From contig AP026131.1 in NCBI GenBank assembly GCA_030295235.1, positions 930,001 to 994,000 on the forward strand: a DNA stretch of 64,000 nt, read 5' to 3'. Below are positions 1 through 11,708 of this stretch, one piece after another (position 1 is the first letter of the stretch; every line of letters starts with the position of its first letter). Made by a program: the position numbers and the translations under genes. Below the pieces are notes generated by a model. It did no database searches. It had not been told where the DNA came from and saw only the letters and a program-made list of their open reading frames with translations. The stretch is from Fistulifera solaris (Eukaryota).

Positions 1-614
1 GATAATTGTCTTCGTGCTCCAGGATATGGGTTGCTGGGCCAGTGCCAGTCGAGAATTGATACTGAATCAGAAAGGGTTCTTCATCAGAGGCTGTTGATTG
101 GCTCATTTCGTCGTCACGAAGCAAGGCAGTAGGAAAATCGCCGTTATGCTCGGAGCGAAAGTACGTCCAATATTCTTTTCCCAGTTGAACTTTTAAAACA
201 CTCCCATCCGTTCGTCCCACCCAAATACAGCAACTTTCCTGATCGGATGCAGCAGCGATTGTCGAGACAATGGCGTTGTTTTTCTTGGCTGGAAGTGTCG
301 ACGGTTTCCATTGAGAACCCCCGCACATTCCAATTTCCAGTCTTCCAATTTCGCAGAATTCGCGCATCTTTTTGAATTTGCTCTTGTTGCATCGTTTGCA
401 CTCGTTGTTGCAGTGAGTCTGATGACTGCACACTCAACACTTCTCCTCCACCTCCTATAATTTGCCCCGCAAAGTCATCGAAGAATAATCGTTCTTCGTC
501 GTCGTTGCTGTCTTGTGCGAACCTCTGCCAGCTGGAAAACCGTCTTGATGCACGAGATAAGGTCCAACCGTGCGTTCCGTGGACGCAGAGCAATAGAATC
601 AGGTTTACGTACAT
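1..614 (-). CDS. Plastid-targeted hypothetical protein, probably beta-propeller/WD40-like; 3' end runs off the window
   Basis: Signal peptide MYVNLILLLCVHGTHG-W followed by an S/R-rich transit peptide. After a homopolymer indel near 280 the frame continues NAIVSTIAAASDQESCCIWVGRTDGSVLKVQLGKEYW to the window edge. Confidence 0.6.
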
Positions 615-729
615 TATGATAACAAATAAGGCAGCGAGTAAGGCATATTTTTTTATAATCGTCTCAGTGGAGTGCGGTGTCGTGGCGTATCTTCGTTGTT
701 TTTCGCTTTCGTCGGTTTTCCAAAAATAT

Positions 730-990
730 CTCGTTCTGGAAGAATACTCCTGACATCGGTGTTCTTCATCAAACTGAAATTCTGTGTACTTTCCATAAAT
801 TTTGGGTACCAGTGTTTTTGGCCATACCTTGTTTTTTTGTAAAAATTACAGGAATTCTGTTTATGGTTCCAGAAATTCTGGAAACTGTGTGCGTGTTCAC
901 ACAGAACTTTTGTATACGAGTTCCACAGATTCTGGAAAAGGTGTTCTTGATCATACAGGAATTCTGCGAACGATCCACGAGTTCCGGGAT
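730..990. repeat. Degenerate ~53-bp tandem repeat related to the 52-bp array at 49.4-50.2 kb, in reverse orientation
   Basis: Cores TTCCATAAATTTTGGG (~791), TTCCAGAAATTCTGGA (~867), TTCCACAGATTCTGGA (~921) and ATCCACGAGTTCCGGG (~973), each preceded by a (CAT)ACAG(G/A)A(A/C)TT(C/T)TG-like stretch. Confidence 0.65.
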
Positions 991-1322
991 TGCAATTTCA
1001 GTTTCGAAAACAAATTGAGAGTAGTCTAGAGGTCTAGCAGGCGATAAATAACATTTCTATCAGCCCTAAGACGACGGCCGAATACAGGATGGTTTCACTA
1101 AAATCTCTCTGTCTAGCTAGAGTGTGATTACTTTTCCATTCCATTTTGTCACAATCTTTTACAGTACAGTAGAAGATATTGAATGAGAGCCGGAAGTGCC
1201 TCTAATCCGTTCATGAGAAGGTGGGTGCACGAGAAACTAGTTTTGGGATATTAGAGCCTCCTAAATATTGCCTAGCGCAATAGCAATACAGTGAAGCTAC
1301 AAGTCGCGTGCCGCGAAGCCGC

Positions 1323-2059
1323 TCAGATTTGATTCTGTGGATTCTCAGGACTTTTCTTCCATAACGCAAATACCTTTTCTTTCTGCTGAGATAATCGTAG
1401 CCCTGGAAATTCTTCTTTGATCTGCGGAAGCATGGCTGCTTCAAAGTCCTTGTACAAATTCTTTGCCGGCTTACCCACTCCAGAAATACCCAGTGATCCC
1501 AATGCGGCATCGATGCCGCTGGCGGCCCTTCCTCCATAGAGGCAACATTTGCTTCTCGACCACCCGCTCCTTCCAGCATGGCTTCTGTGTTCGCCAGCAG
1601 TGGATCCAAAGGTGCTTCCGCTTCCTTCCTTGCCTTTTCTTCCATCCGTTTCTTTTCCTCCTCGACTCGCTTCTTTTCATCTTCTTTTTGTTTTCTCACT
1701 TTCTTGTCGGCACCCTTGACGAGGGCATCCTCCAACAGTGCCAAATCATTTTTGGGTTTCCCCTTGCCCTTTTTCGGACCCGCCGGTAGCTTCGATTTGC
1801 CCCCCGAACCAAGGGTTGCTTCTTCGGCGGCTAACAATTCGGCCTTTTCTCGTTTCTTACGAGCTGCCTCGTCCGCTTTGGCGGCCAATTCTTCATCTCT
1901 CGACGCTTTTCTTGCATTGGCACCCTTGGCCCATTCCTGAGCTTCCGCTGCTTCCTTTTTTCGGTCGTTTTCGGCTTGCTTTCTCGCTTCGACCTCGGCT
2001 TTTTTTGGCCATAGCGTCCACGACTTTTTGATTCGGTCCGCCCTTTTGCCGCCCGCCAT
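1323..2059 (-). CDS. CCDC124: Coiled-coil domain-containing protein 124 / Lso2-like ribosome hibernation factor
   Basis: N-terminal KKAEVEARKQAE..EAQEWAKGAN..KKREKAELLAAEE. After an indel near 1527 the frame reads GIDAALGSL..YKDFEAAMLPQIKEEFPGLRLSQQKEKVFALWKKSPENPQN*, the conserved CCDC124 C-terminus. Confidence 0.88.
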
Positions 2060-2311
2060 GATTGCTGATTGTGCTTCACTGAAATAACAATTAGCACCAA
2101 CTCTCTATTTATTGCTTGTTGTTTGAGCTTTTAACGGTAACGACTTTGATAATTGAATGTTGTACGGAGTATAGTAAATAAATTTATGACGACGAAAAGG
2201 ACGACCAAACAGAAAATGTGGGCGGCCGACGGTCGTACGCTTGAGATGAAAAAAAGTCGTTGAGTCTAATAAAATCAAACTAGGTCTCTAAATAGCTCCG
2301 TAATGCGTCTA

Positions 2312-4000
2312 TTAATTACGACGAAACTTAACTTTGACTATCAGCTCTTCTTTGGGGATAGCTGGTACCATGAATCGATGTCGAGGGTCTCGATCACCCG
2401 ACCAATCTATTGATTCGGCAGTTTGTCCTACCAGTTCAAACTCGTAGCGTTGTGTCAACAAACTCAACACCATTTTACTTTCTAAAAGTGCCAAATGCTG
2501 TCCCAAGCAATTCCGAGGACCGGCAATGAAAGGCAAGAACGTATACGGGTCTCTCTGTGCAATTAGTTGCGCATCAAGAAAACGTTCGGGATCGAACTTC
2601 ATGGGTTCAGGCCAAAATTCCGGATTCCAGTGTACACCTTGAATGTTGATCAGAATTGAGCTTCCTTTGGGGACGTAGTAGTTGTCCATGTACAAGTCCT
2701 TAATGGTACGCCGAGCCACAATGGGGACTACGGAATACTTTCGCAAAGATTCCCGAAGTGTGGCCTCGGAAAGGTCAACTTCGCGAGTGCTTCGGCATCG
2801 GGTAAGTCCTGCGCGGTCGACTTGGCCCAATCCCTTTTCACATCAAAAACAGCACACGCTTCTTGCAACAAAGGCGCTATAAGACGATCGGGATCACCCA
2901 TGAGTTCATAAAACGCCCAAGTCATCATGGCTGCGCTCGTTTCATGACCCGCTAACATGAACGTTTTCATTTCATCCCGAAATTGAGTTACCATGTTTTC
3001 GGGTAGAAAATGCGGAATCGTATCACATTCTTTTCATAGACCTGCAAGACACGATCTAATACATCCTTTTCTCGCTCACTGATTCCTTCTTTCTCTTCTT
3101 GACGTCGTAGCGCCCATCGAGTCCGAATCAAGTGACTAACGTAGGTATTCAGTTTTCGAACATTTCGCTGATATTCCCACCAGAACGGCAAACCGATCAA
3201 CCAGGCTCGATACGGATGCCACACGCGCTGATTGGATTCGTCCACAATGGGCATGTAGATTTGCGCAAAAGTCGAATCACTTTCTTCGGCCGGAAGTGAC
3301 AAGAAGGCCCCGGATATCACTTGCAGAGTCAAGTGGCGAAGCGATTCTCCAAGTGGTACCGGCTGTTGTGTCTCCACGGCTTGATCCATACTCTTCATCA
3401 AGTTTTGCAAGGCTTTCAAGGTTTGCGCGGGAATTTGTGTCAGTATGTCGGAACGCAACGGTTGACTCATTTTCAATCGTTGATGCATCCAAGATTGATC
3501 TTCTGACGTGACAATTCCCTGTCCTAGAATGACAAGAAAGTGTTTGTATGTGTTGTGAACATCCTTTTGACGTGCGAAATTTTGCTTTGCAAGACGTATT
3601 TGAGCAAGACGGGGTCCGCTATACTAAACATCGTCTTGCCGAGGAGCGTAAAGCATACAATGGGTCCGTAGGCCAGATGCCATGTCGTCAGTAAATCCCA
3701 CGGCCGATACCGCAGAAAATTGAGGGCTTGTCCTAGGATGGGAAATGCCCGTCCCTGTTTCGGGTGATGCATGTAGGGCATGCCGTAGATTCGTCCGGTT
3801 CTCCGCGACTGTTCGTTCCAGGCGAAAAGGGCCAAACCTCCTCCCAACAGAATAGCCGACACGAAGGCAAGGGGACGTTCTTGCCATAGGGAATGAAGAT
3901 GATTCCTTATGAATGAATAATAAACGAAATAAAGGTGCTCAGTGTCATTGGCAATCTTCGTATGATTAGCGAAAGAGCCGAGCGACGACGTCATTGTCAT
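2312..4000 (-). CDS. Cytochrome P450 with N-terminal membrane anchor
   Basis: I-helix FMLAGHETSA, K-helix ESLR, PERF motif, heme motif FIAGPRNCLGQHLA. Split over four ORFs by single-base indels near 3570, 3020 and 2775. Confidence 0.93.
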
Positions 4001-4724
4001 TGCCGCAATGAGAATCACGCTCTTATTGTAAAAACTTTCGCGACAGCAAGAATAGCCAAACACCTTGTTTTAGTCGATGACAAGGGAGGAATTATTCTGT
4101 GGTAGGAAACAGTTTTAGCAATGAAAGAGGGTTCGTGTTTTGCAAATCACCGCATCGTCATTATTATTTTCTCGCATCTTCCACCCAACATAACATCATC
4201 GGTAGCACTTTTTTGGCGCGCGTCCGGCGCTACAATGAAGTCCAATCGGTACCCGTCACACTATAGACTGTAAAGTTGTCCGTTTTTGCCACGACTGCAC
4301 TTTAGTCATGTCGATGTGTCAAGTTGGATCGAACTTGAGTTTCTGCGTTGAACCCATAGACTAATAAAATGAGCATTAAAATGAAAAAGTCTCGTTCGAG
4401 GAATTGTTAGAACGTGGCTGACAAAAAAATTAAGGGTGGCCGCTCTATTTATTTGTATATTCATTCGTAGATCGGGGCAATAGGTCCCGGGACTGCAGTC
4501 AAGTTGAGTCACTGTTTGTGTCGCCTACACTTTACCTGCTTGTCCAACGCAGAAGCGGTACTCAAACTCGTCCGCCTGCCCGAAATAACGCGTGTCGCAG
4601 GTCGCAGCACATTATTTATTGCGTTTGTTGTGAATGAATATCTATAATCCAGTTCAACCTTTTATTGCTTTTCCAGTGAGCCCACCCATCTTTTACAAAG
4701 TGGAAGTATAGCAAACAAGGGAGC

Positions 4725-6509
4725 ATGCCGATTAACAAGTTTCCGAGTATTCCTGTGGCGACTTGGCCGGAAGCGTTGCCGCATCCGGAGGAGACCGAGA
4801 TTCTGTCGGTCGTCGTATACCCGGATTGTATGCGATGGGCGTTGCATGTGCGTGTTCGCGATCACTTTCGTGTGAAATGTTGGTGGAAGTAAGTGTAACA
4901 TTGCAGGAACAGGTCTAGAACTACTAAAGTGTGCAAATTTCTTTAGTTGACTAGCTTAGCGATGTGCTTTCGCAAGGAAGAGTTGCTAACAGCCTTTCTT
5001 TTCATTTGCAGAACCTTCGGTTCCGCCTTACCCGAAGATGAGTCGCTTTCGCTCATCGATATATTGCCCCCTTATGTACATCCATCTTTTATGGGAAATC
5101 GCATCGGACCTCAGGCGATTCAAGAATGGTCCTTTGTTCGGCGCATAACGTTTTGGACGGTGTACGTCATGACCGTCGATAAGACAATCGATGCGGCTCC
5201 AGTCATGCATCATCTTTTTCGGGATGTTCCCTGTCGTTTCTTTGCGGTGCAGCACTCCGATTTCTTTGCGGACCAAGCGCCAGACATTCAAGATGTTCCC
5301 ATCTTTCTCGTGTCGTCGCTGCAGGCCGTTTTGCGCGATGCCGAAGAAGATGACGGACCACCGCCATCGATCTTGCTGTTGGATACGAATCAGACGCCAT
5401 TGCAATATGCGGCGTGCGATGGAACGCAAGTTCTCGGCTTCGGTACCGGTCCTTCGTGGAACATTCCGCTTTCCGGTCCGCAAGAAATCTTTTCTCGCTC
5501 CCGGGCCACCCAACCCAGCAATCTTCCAGCCTATCAGCAGCTCGTCGGGATCGTCTACTCGTGGGAACATCAAACGAAAGACAATAAACAGTATATTTGG
5601 ATCTACGGTAGTAACAAGAGTCATGTGGAGCGGATCGAAGGCATTCTCAAGCAAGTCAAAAGCCGCAACACGATTATCAGAACCATTCCCGATCTCGTTC
5701 ATCGGGGTATCGATGAGGTCCTGAAAGATCAAACCAGCATACATGGTGAAATGAATGACCCGATGGATCTTATTTTGGTAGGACAGCGCATCAAAATAAA
5801 ACTCTCGGAACAATCGTATGTGTTCGCTACGGTACGAAACAGAATCTCTGGGACAAGTAAAGATGCTGGTATTATGGAATATCAATACAGTGTAGAGTTG
5901 GATGATGGAAAACATCAGCAACTGCTTCGTATGGAACAAGTATTGCGTACGTTCATTTTGATATGGCTGTGACTGGTGTGAACACCCGAAACTTCTTCTC
6001 ACTTTTTGTTGCCCTTTCGAACACTAATCACTCAGTATCCCTAGAATTTTACATTGAGCACATGAAAGAAGAGAAGAACTATTTATCTCAGGAATCAGAA
6101 AACGAGTACGTGACTTTTTTTGGACCGAAAGGTCGAGGGGGCCAGATCAGTACTCTTCTTGTTTGAAAAAGAATGGAATCGATTGCGAGCTTCGCAGAAA
6201 GGTGTCGCAACGTACAGCACTCCCCCGCGAAAGGAGGTACAGAGTTATTCGCAAGTCACGATGAGTCAGGAAGAACGTGATGCGTCGCACAAAGCAGCAC
6301 AAGAAGCTGATCCGGCTGCCAGTCGAAAACTAAGTTATGTTGGACGACGAGTTGGCAAGCACTTCGAACAGGGTTTGTTTTACGGGACGGTCAAAAGATG
6401 GGATCCAGCCGCAATTGTGGATGATGGAGTCGACTATTGGGTGGTTGATTACGACGACGGAGATACAGAAGACTATGAAGAGGACGAACTACAAACAATT
6501 TTGCTTTAA
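4725..6509 (+). CDS. Degenerate type III pantothenate kinase (CoaX)-fold protein with C-terminal Tudor-like domains
   Basis: Exon 1 at 4725-4888 (MPINKF..WPEALPHPEETEILSVVVYPDCMRWALH). GT-AG intron 4889-5011 with a GCTAAC branch point, second intron ~5948-6035, poly-T indel near 6120. Motifs ILLLDTNQTPLQYAACDGTQVLGFGTGPS and IPDLVHRGI resemble PanK-III. C-terminal YVGRRVGKHF..FYGTV..WVVDYDDGDTED is Tudor-like. Confidence 0.6.
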
Positions 6510-6828
6510 CGAAGTCATTCTTATACTTTTTATCAACAAAAAATTGATCCATGGTGAGCAATGAGGTACTCTCCTTGATTCGATCTGTTTTAGCATATGT
6601 CGACGATCATCGCTGGTATTTGTGGTCCTTTTATCTTGGCCCCTTTCTCGCCGTTTGGTGAAGCGTGACTGGCATGCAATCACGGTCTCCTTGAACCAAC
6701 ACATTGATCCTATAGTGACCTGGCTGTTAACGGTCAACGATCCGCGGAATGTCGTTATAAAAAACGAGCAGGTTAAAGGCACACATTTTTGTTTCTCCGC
6801 CGTATCTTTTTTCGTCAGCGCTCATCAG

Positions 6829-7125
6829 ATTAGCATTACTAGTAAGCCGCGTAAGGAGATACTAAGGTATTATCCAATGAAACAAGAAGATCATGATAAC
6901 CAGCGTCCTGCAGCGCAAGTCTCTGATCCGGCTGCCGACCGAAAACTAAGTTTTATCGGACGACGAGTTGGCAAATACTTCGACGATGTTTTGTATTATG
7001 GGACGGTGAGCAAATGGGTTCCGGCGGCGGTTGTGGATGGCGGGATCGACTTGTGGTTGGTCGAATATGACGACGGAGATGCGGAAGACTTGGAAGAGGA
7101 CGAACTACAAGCAATCTTGCTTTAA
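6829..7125 (+). CDS. Duplicated Tudor-like terminal module (small gene, alternative last exon, or remnant)
   Basis: High nucleotide and protein similarity to 6215-6509 (ADRKLSFIGRRVGKYFDDVLYYGTV..DDGDAEDLEEDELQAILL*). Preceded by a pyrimidine tract and CAG at 6826-6828. Confidence 0.6.
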   Translation: MSITSKPRKEILRYYPMKQEDHDNQRPAAQVSDPAADRKLSFIGRRVGKYFDDVLYYGTVSKWVPAAVVDGGIDLWLVEYDDGDAEDLEEDELQAILL

Positions 7126-7171
7126 CGACCATTGTGAAACTCTTAGCAAGAAAAGACTAATTTATGTTAGC

Positions 7172-8427
7172 TCAAGTTTTAGCTCCTCTTTGTTTCTGTT
7201 TCGCAATTTTCTTTGCTGCAATCGACTTTTCGTAGTTTTGTGTTGCAATGGAGTATAGTAACACACCAGAAAGACCAATTGCGGATCCAATGCCCGCTTG
7301 AAAAGAAATATGATTGCCAAATGCAATGACAGAGGCGACCATGATGAAGACGCGCTTCATCGTATTTCCGACAGCAAGTGTTATAGGATGCACTTGACCT
7401 AGCGCAAAAAACATGACCTCATTATTGATGTAGTGGAACAATCCAGACAGCAGAATCGCACGGATCAGCAAGAAGATATTCGGTTGTTGTGCCACAGCGC
7501 TGCTCCAGAGCTTGGGAAACTGCCGCCCTTCTCCTAATAAAGCCATAGGAATCGATAAAAGGAACGATGACAATGTCACCAATCCGAATACATTCGGTGG
7601 TGTCAAATTTGTGCCGATACCTGCTGACGACATGGCAACTTTGCTCAAGACAGCTCTCAATGCAAAAGACAGATTACTCGCCATTGCCATTGTGAAAGCG
7701 AGCCACGAGAAACTTCTTTCTTTCAAACAGGCATACCCAACACCTCCTACTACTGGTAATAGTGTTGCATAAGCGGAAGCCGGCATCCAAGTTCCAAGGC
7801 AAACAGCCGAGACGATGGCACTGAAGAATGGTTCTAGTGACTTGACGATATGCGTAAAGGAGACTGGACCGGCTCCGAGCGAAAGCATGGTGAAAAGCTG
7901 ACCTGTAGCATGCCAAAATCCAACCTGTCGGGTAGCTTTCCGGCCCTGATCTGTTAATACTGGCAGTGGTCTCAATTTGGCAGCCCATACGATGAGGACG
8001 TAAAGTGCACCTACACCCAGCTGCAGCGATCCAACGATCATGGGAGCCGGTAAAATATTCAAGAGTCTTTTGTTGAGAACTTATTAGCCAATAAGTGAGA
8101 CATTTGAACCGATGAATAGTCACAAAAGGGGGAACTGAACTTACTGTTGTAGACAATATTAAGAGCATACCACAAACCAAAGTAGAAGCCGATTTTAAGT
8201 CGATGAATTACATCCGTCATCAAATCGCTTTGTGTTGAGACAGCCAGTTTTCCTCCTGCTCGAATCTCGACTACATTGGCAGCCAATCTGAGTGAGGTTT
8301 CAGAGGGTACTCTTCTGATGGGCGGTTTTATGGGCGAGGGTTGTCGCCATGTTGTGGTCGAATCAGCAGCTTCGATCTGCCAGATCGCGGAAGCGAGTAA
8401 GAAGTTTGATAAAGTGGAGATCTTCAT
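7172..8427 (-). CDS. Plastid triose-phosphate/phosphate translocator (TPT family)
   Basis: YFGLWYALNIVYN|ILNK (intron 8080-8144), GPVSFTHIVKSLEPFF, HPITLAVGNTMKRVF; N-terminal signal peptide MKISTLSNFLLASAIW. Confidence 0.93.
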
Positions 8428-8707
8428 AAAGGATGTGTGAGGAAGGTATGCTGCTAGACAAGTAAGAGGTCTCTTTGTTTGCTGCTGCCGATGATTGATG
8501 TCTATTATCCACACATTTCTTTCAAAGAACTCATTTGCGCGACCCTGCTCGACGTGTGCGCAGGTTTTATTGTGACGCTCGACTCTGATTCCCGAGTAAG
8601 TCTCCAGTCCCTTTTTTATGAAATAAACTAAGTGTATTAACACGATGTGACACTCAACTGAAAACAGTAATAATACCGCGAAGAGGCGGAAAATATTCAA
8701 ATTTTAA

Positions 8708-10114
8708 TCATCGAATCACTGAAAGGAATTCTTGATTAGCTTTGAGTAACGAATATACATGGTTGGTATCGTTGCTGTGCTTTGCCATCGCCGACGAAAG
8801 CACAAACGCACGCGTTCCGTCATCCACCAAGCGTGGAATGCTGCGAAACCGCATCTCCAAGCATAATTTATTCCACAAGTTTGCCAATTGCATCTCGTTA
8901 CTGTCATTTGACTGGAATAAGAGATCAACGCGATGGTTGTTTCTGAATAGCTCTTCTAAAGGAGCCATCACCCATTCCGATGAGCTACAAGTTTCACGTT
9001 GCGGAAGTATCCTGACTTTCCTTAGGGTCTCGTGTGACCCAATTAAATCCAGAAACTCTGACCATTGCTTGTCAAAGTCACTCGGCTTCGCAGATATAGA
9101 TAATTTTTGTAGGCTGTTGTTTGTTCGTAAAGATCCGACTAAGCTTTTGGACAACTCAGGTGACCAGTATTTTCCTTCAAAACACAAAGATTTCAACGAG
9201 CATCGTGGACTACCAATTGCTCTTACCAGATCACTCAGCCAAGGCTTGCGAACGTCTCTTTCCTTAACATTTAGCGTCGAGGCGAACATGGCACCTGAGC
9301 GGACAGCTTCAATGAGAGGAACGCCGGAATCGTCTCTTAAAGTGCAGTTCTCTAAAGCAAGGCTAGTCACTTTGGATCGACTCAAAACTCTACACGTTTC
9401 TTGATCAACATTGAATGAGGCAAGTATGAGCTTATCGAGAAGCATATGCTCCATAAATTTGAGGTTTTTGACCAAAAGAGGATCTGGCATCCTATTCGCT
9501 TCAAATCGAATAGATCCCGAGCGAACTATGTTGTTGTCGAGAAGAAGTCCTGAATATGAAGCCATGGAGTGGCAGTCTTCATCAAAGGAACATCCAGTCA
9601 AAGTAATGTCTACTTTGACCGAACTTTTCAAAAGCGCAGCGGCTTGTTGCGGATTGAATGTGCAATTCTCAAAAACGTAATGTCGATTCGCATTTTTGGA
9701 GAAAAACGACAACATGTCTTCTCCGGTAAAGAAGCTTGTTCCAACGAAACCATCCAAAAAGTTTGTTTTGTCTCCGTGAGTCACCACCGACTGGTAGTAA
9801 TCATCGGGTAGTTGCAAAGGCGAGAAGTAGCGGCTGCCACAGCGCCTTTATCATTGTTCGGACTGAGTACGCTCAACTCTTCCATATCATCATTATCACG
9901 AAACAGTACCATGGATGACTCGGCATACATCACTTCCCTCACATTCGTCCCATATGCGCGAGGAATACAAACAAACGAACACATTGGTGTTCTCGATCCA
10001 TAGTTTTCGACCGCCGCGGAGTTCTTCAATCAACGTTTGAAGGTTCGTTGTTTCATCCAGGCGGGTGATACGATACTCTCCTTTTTTTATTTGCTGGATA
10101 TTACCGGTCGTCAT
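8708..10114 (-). CDS. RNI-like/LRR-like hypothetical protein of a diatom-expanded family
   Basis: LRR-like segments (SLKSLCF, LRTNNSLQKLSI, HETLRKVRI) and a typical C-terminus (HVYSLLKANQE). N-terminal part interrupted by two indels near 9820-9905. Confidence 0.65.
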
Positions 10115-10444
10115 GGTTTAGTTTCGTGTGTTATGATGATCATCGGATTTTGCTATGAGATGAGTATAAAATTCGGCGAGCGACGAAAAATGAAGCAAAA
10201 CCATCACACGAGGTTCGCGTGTTGTGCACTGATCTAGACTGTAGCATTTATAGTCGTACCAAGATTCAATGTTATTTCTTAGATAATAAATTCAATACCG
10301 GTGACGCCGGCAGGGCTTATTTTGCTCCCTGATGGTCTCCGCGCCGCTCCGTGCGGTCCCTTTCATTATTCGCAATTCCAGGTAAAAACTCAAACGCAAC
10401 CCACAAAACAACTACAACCTATAGTCTAGTAGCAGAGAAACAAG

Positions 10445-11690
10445 ATGCCCCCGAACAACAGCAACAATAATAACAGCACGGAGAAACCCAGAGAAACGAA
10501 TCCTCATTGGAAGGGATATTGCTTTCTCATATTATCGAGCCTCATTAATTTTTCCGCCATTAGCAACGTCCCCGAACACGGCAATTTTGTCGGGTACAAG
10601 TTTATATCCGTATGTTTTGGTGTCGTTACGTTCTGTTTAGGGATATGTATTCTTTTGTTGGATTATGTGGACTGTTTTGTTCTTTATAAAGTCTGGGATG
10701 GCAAATTGGAGGGCTGTGTTCTTTCCTTTTGTGTATTATGGTGGATTGCGGGAGTCGCCTACACGACGCAAGTGGATGGCATTGGATATGTACGTTCCTT
10801 CATGATTGCTTTGTGCGACTTTTTTCTCTTCTTATATGTGATACGCTTCGTGTATTGGGTTCTTTCAGGTCGTGATGAATATTTACGTTACTTCATGGGT
10901 ATCTTTGGTCTGTTCCGTTTACACTTGGAATTTGTGGTCGGCCAAACGAGACCTTTTGTCCATCCAGGAACTAACGGGCGTGAGTGTCACACTCAAAGCA
11001 TGGTATATACTATTCATTGCATCGCTCGTCGTCACGGGCACGACGATTAATGTGGCTATCGTGGACATGTACGGCATTGGTTGGGAAAACCGGAGCAATC
11101 TATTCGGAATCAGTTTGGGACTATTCTCTTCAGCAGTATCGTTTGCGTTTATTTTATTGCACTACCGATTGATTGACGTGTGCACCAAAGGTGGCTGGCA
11201 CGAGTTTGTAGCTGCTTCCCTTATGATTGCACTCTGGACGATTGGCTGTGCCGTATTGACACGCGAAGGGGCCATCGGATCGACGATCGTAGGGCGTGGT
11301 TGCACCACTTTTCTGCGCGAAAGAGAAGACAATGGGGACTTTCAAACAGACTTGTATCAACCAAGTAAGACTGTCAGTGAGGACGAATGTCGTGTCTTGG
11401 TTTCCTCGGTCAATACTACGGACTTTGTCGTTCTCAACGGAACACTGCCCTGCTCGGCATTCGTTCAATACACACTGGACCGTGAAGTGAATATACCCGG
11501 CTCCAACCTATATGTTTCGGTTTGGCTGTGTTTGGCAGCTTCGATTCAAATTGCATTACGCTGGAAAGCCCAGCAGGCTGTCCAGCTAGCAGCCCGTGCC
11601 CATCAAGACCGACAAGAGGAGCACGATATAGGTGTCCGAAACAATGACGAGGATGCAGATTTGGATGATTTTGTGGACGCCAATGAGTAA
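10445..11690 (+). CDS. Multi-pass membrane protein of unknown function
   Basis: About 8 hydrophobic helices; repeated NIYVTSW/NLYVSVW motif; intron 10790-10868 joins the two ORFs in frame. Confidence 0.75.
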
Positions 11691-11708
11691 TGACACATTT
11701 GTCACAGC

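Noticed and set aside
5028..6002. 324-aa antisense ORF, and similar long shadow ORFs such as 59282-60058 and 62344-62901
   Set aside because: They fully overlap better-supported genes on the opposite strand and have no recognisable motifs.
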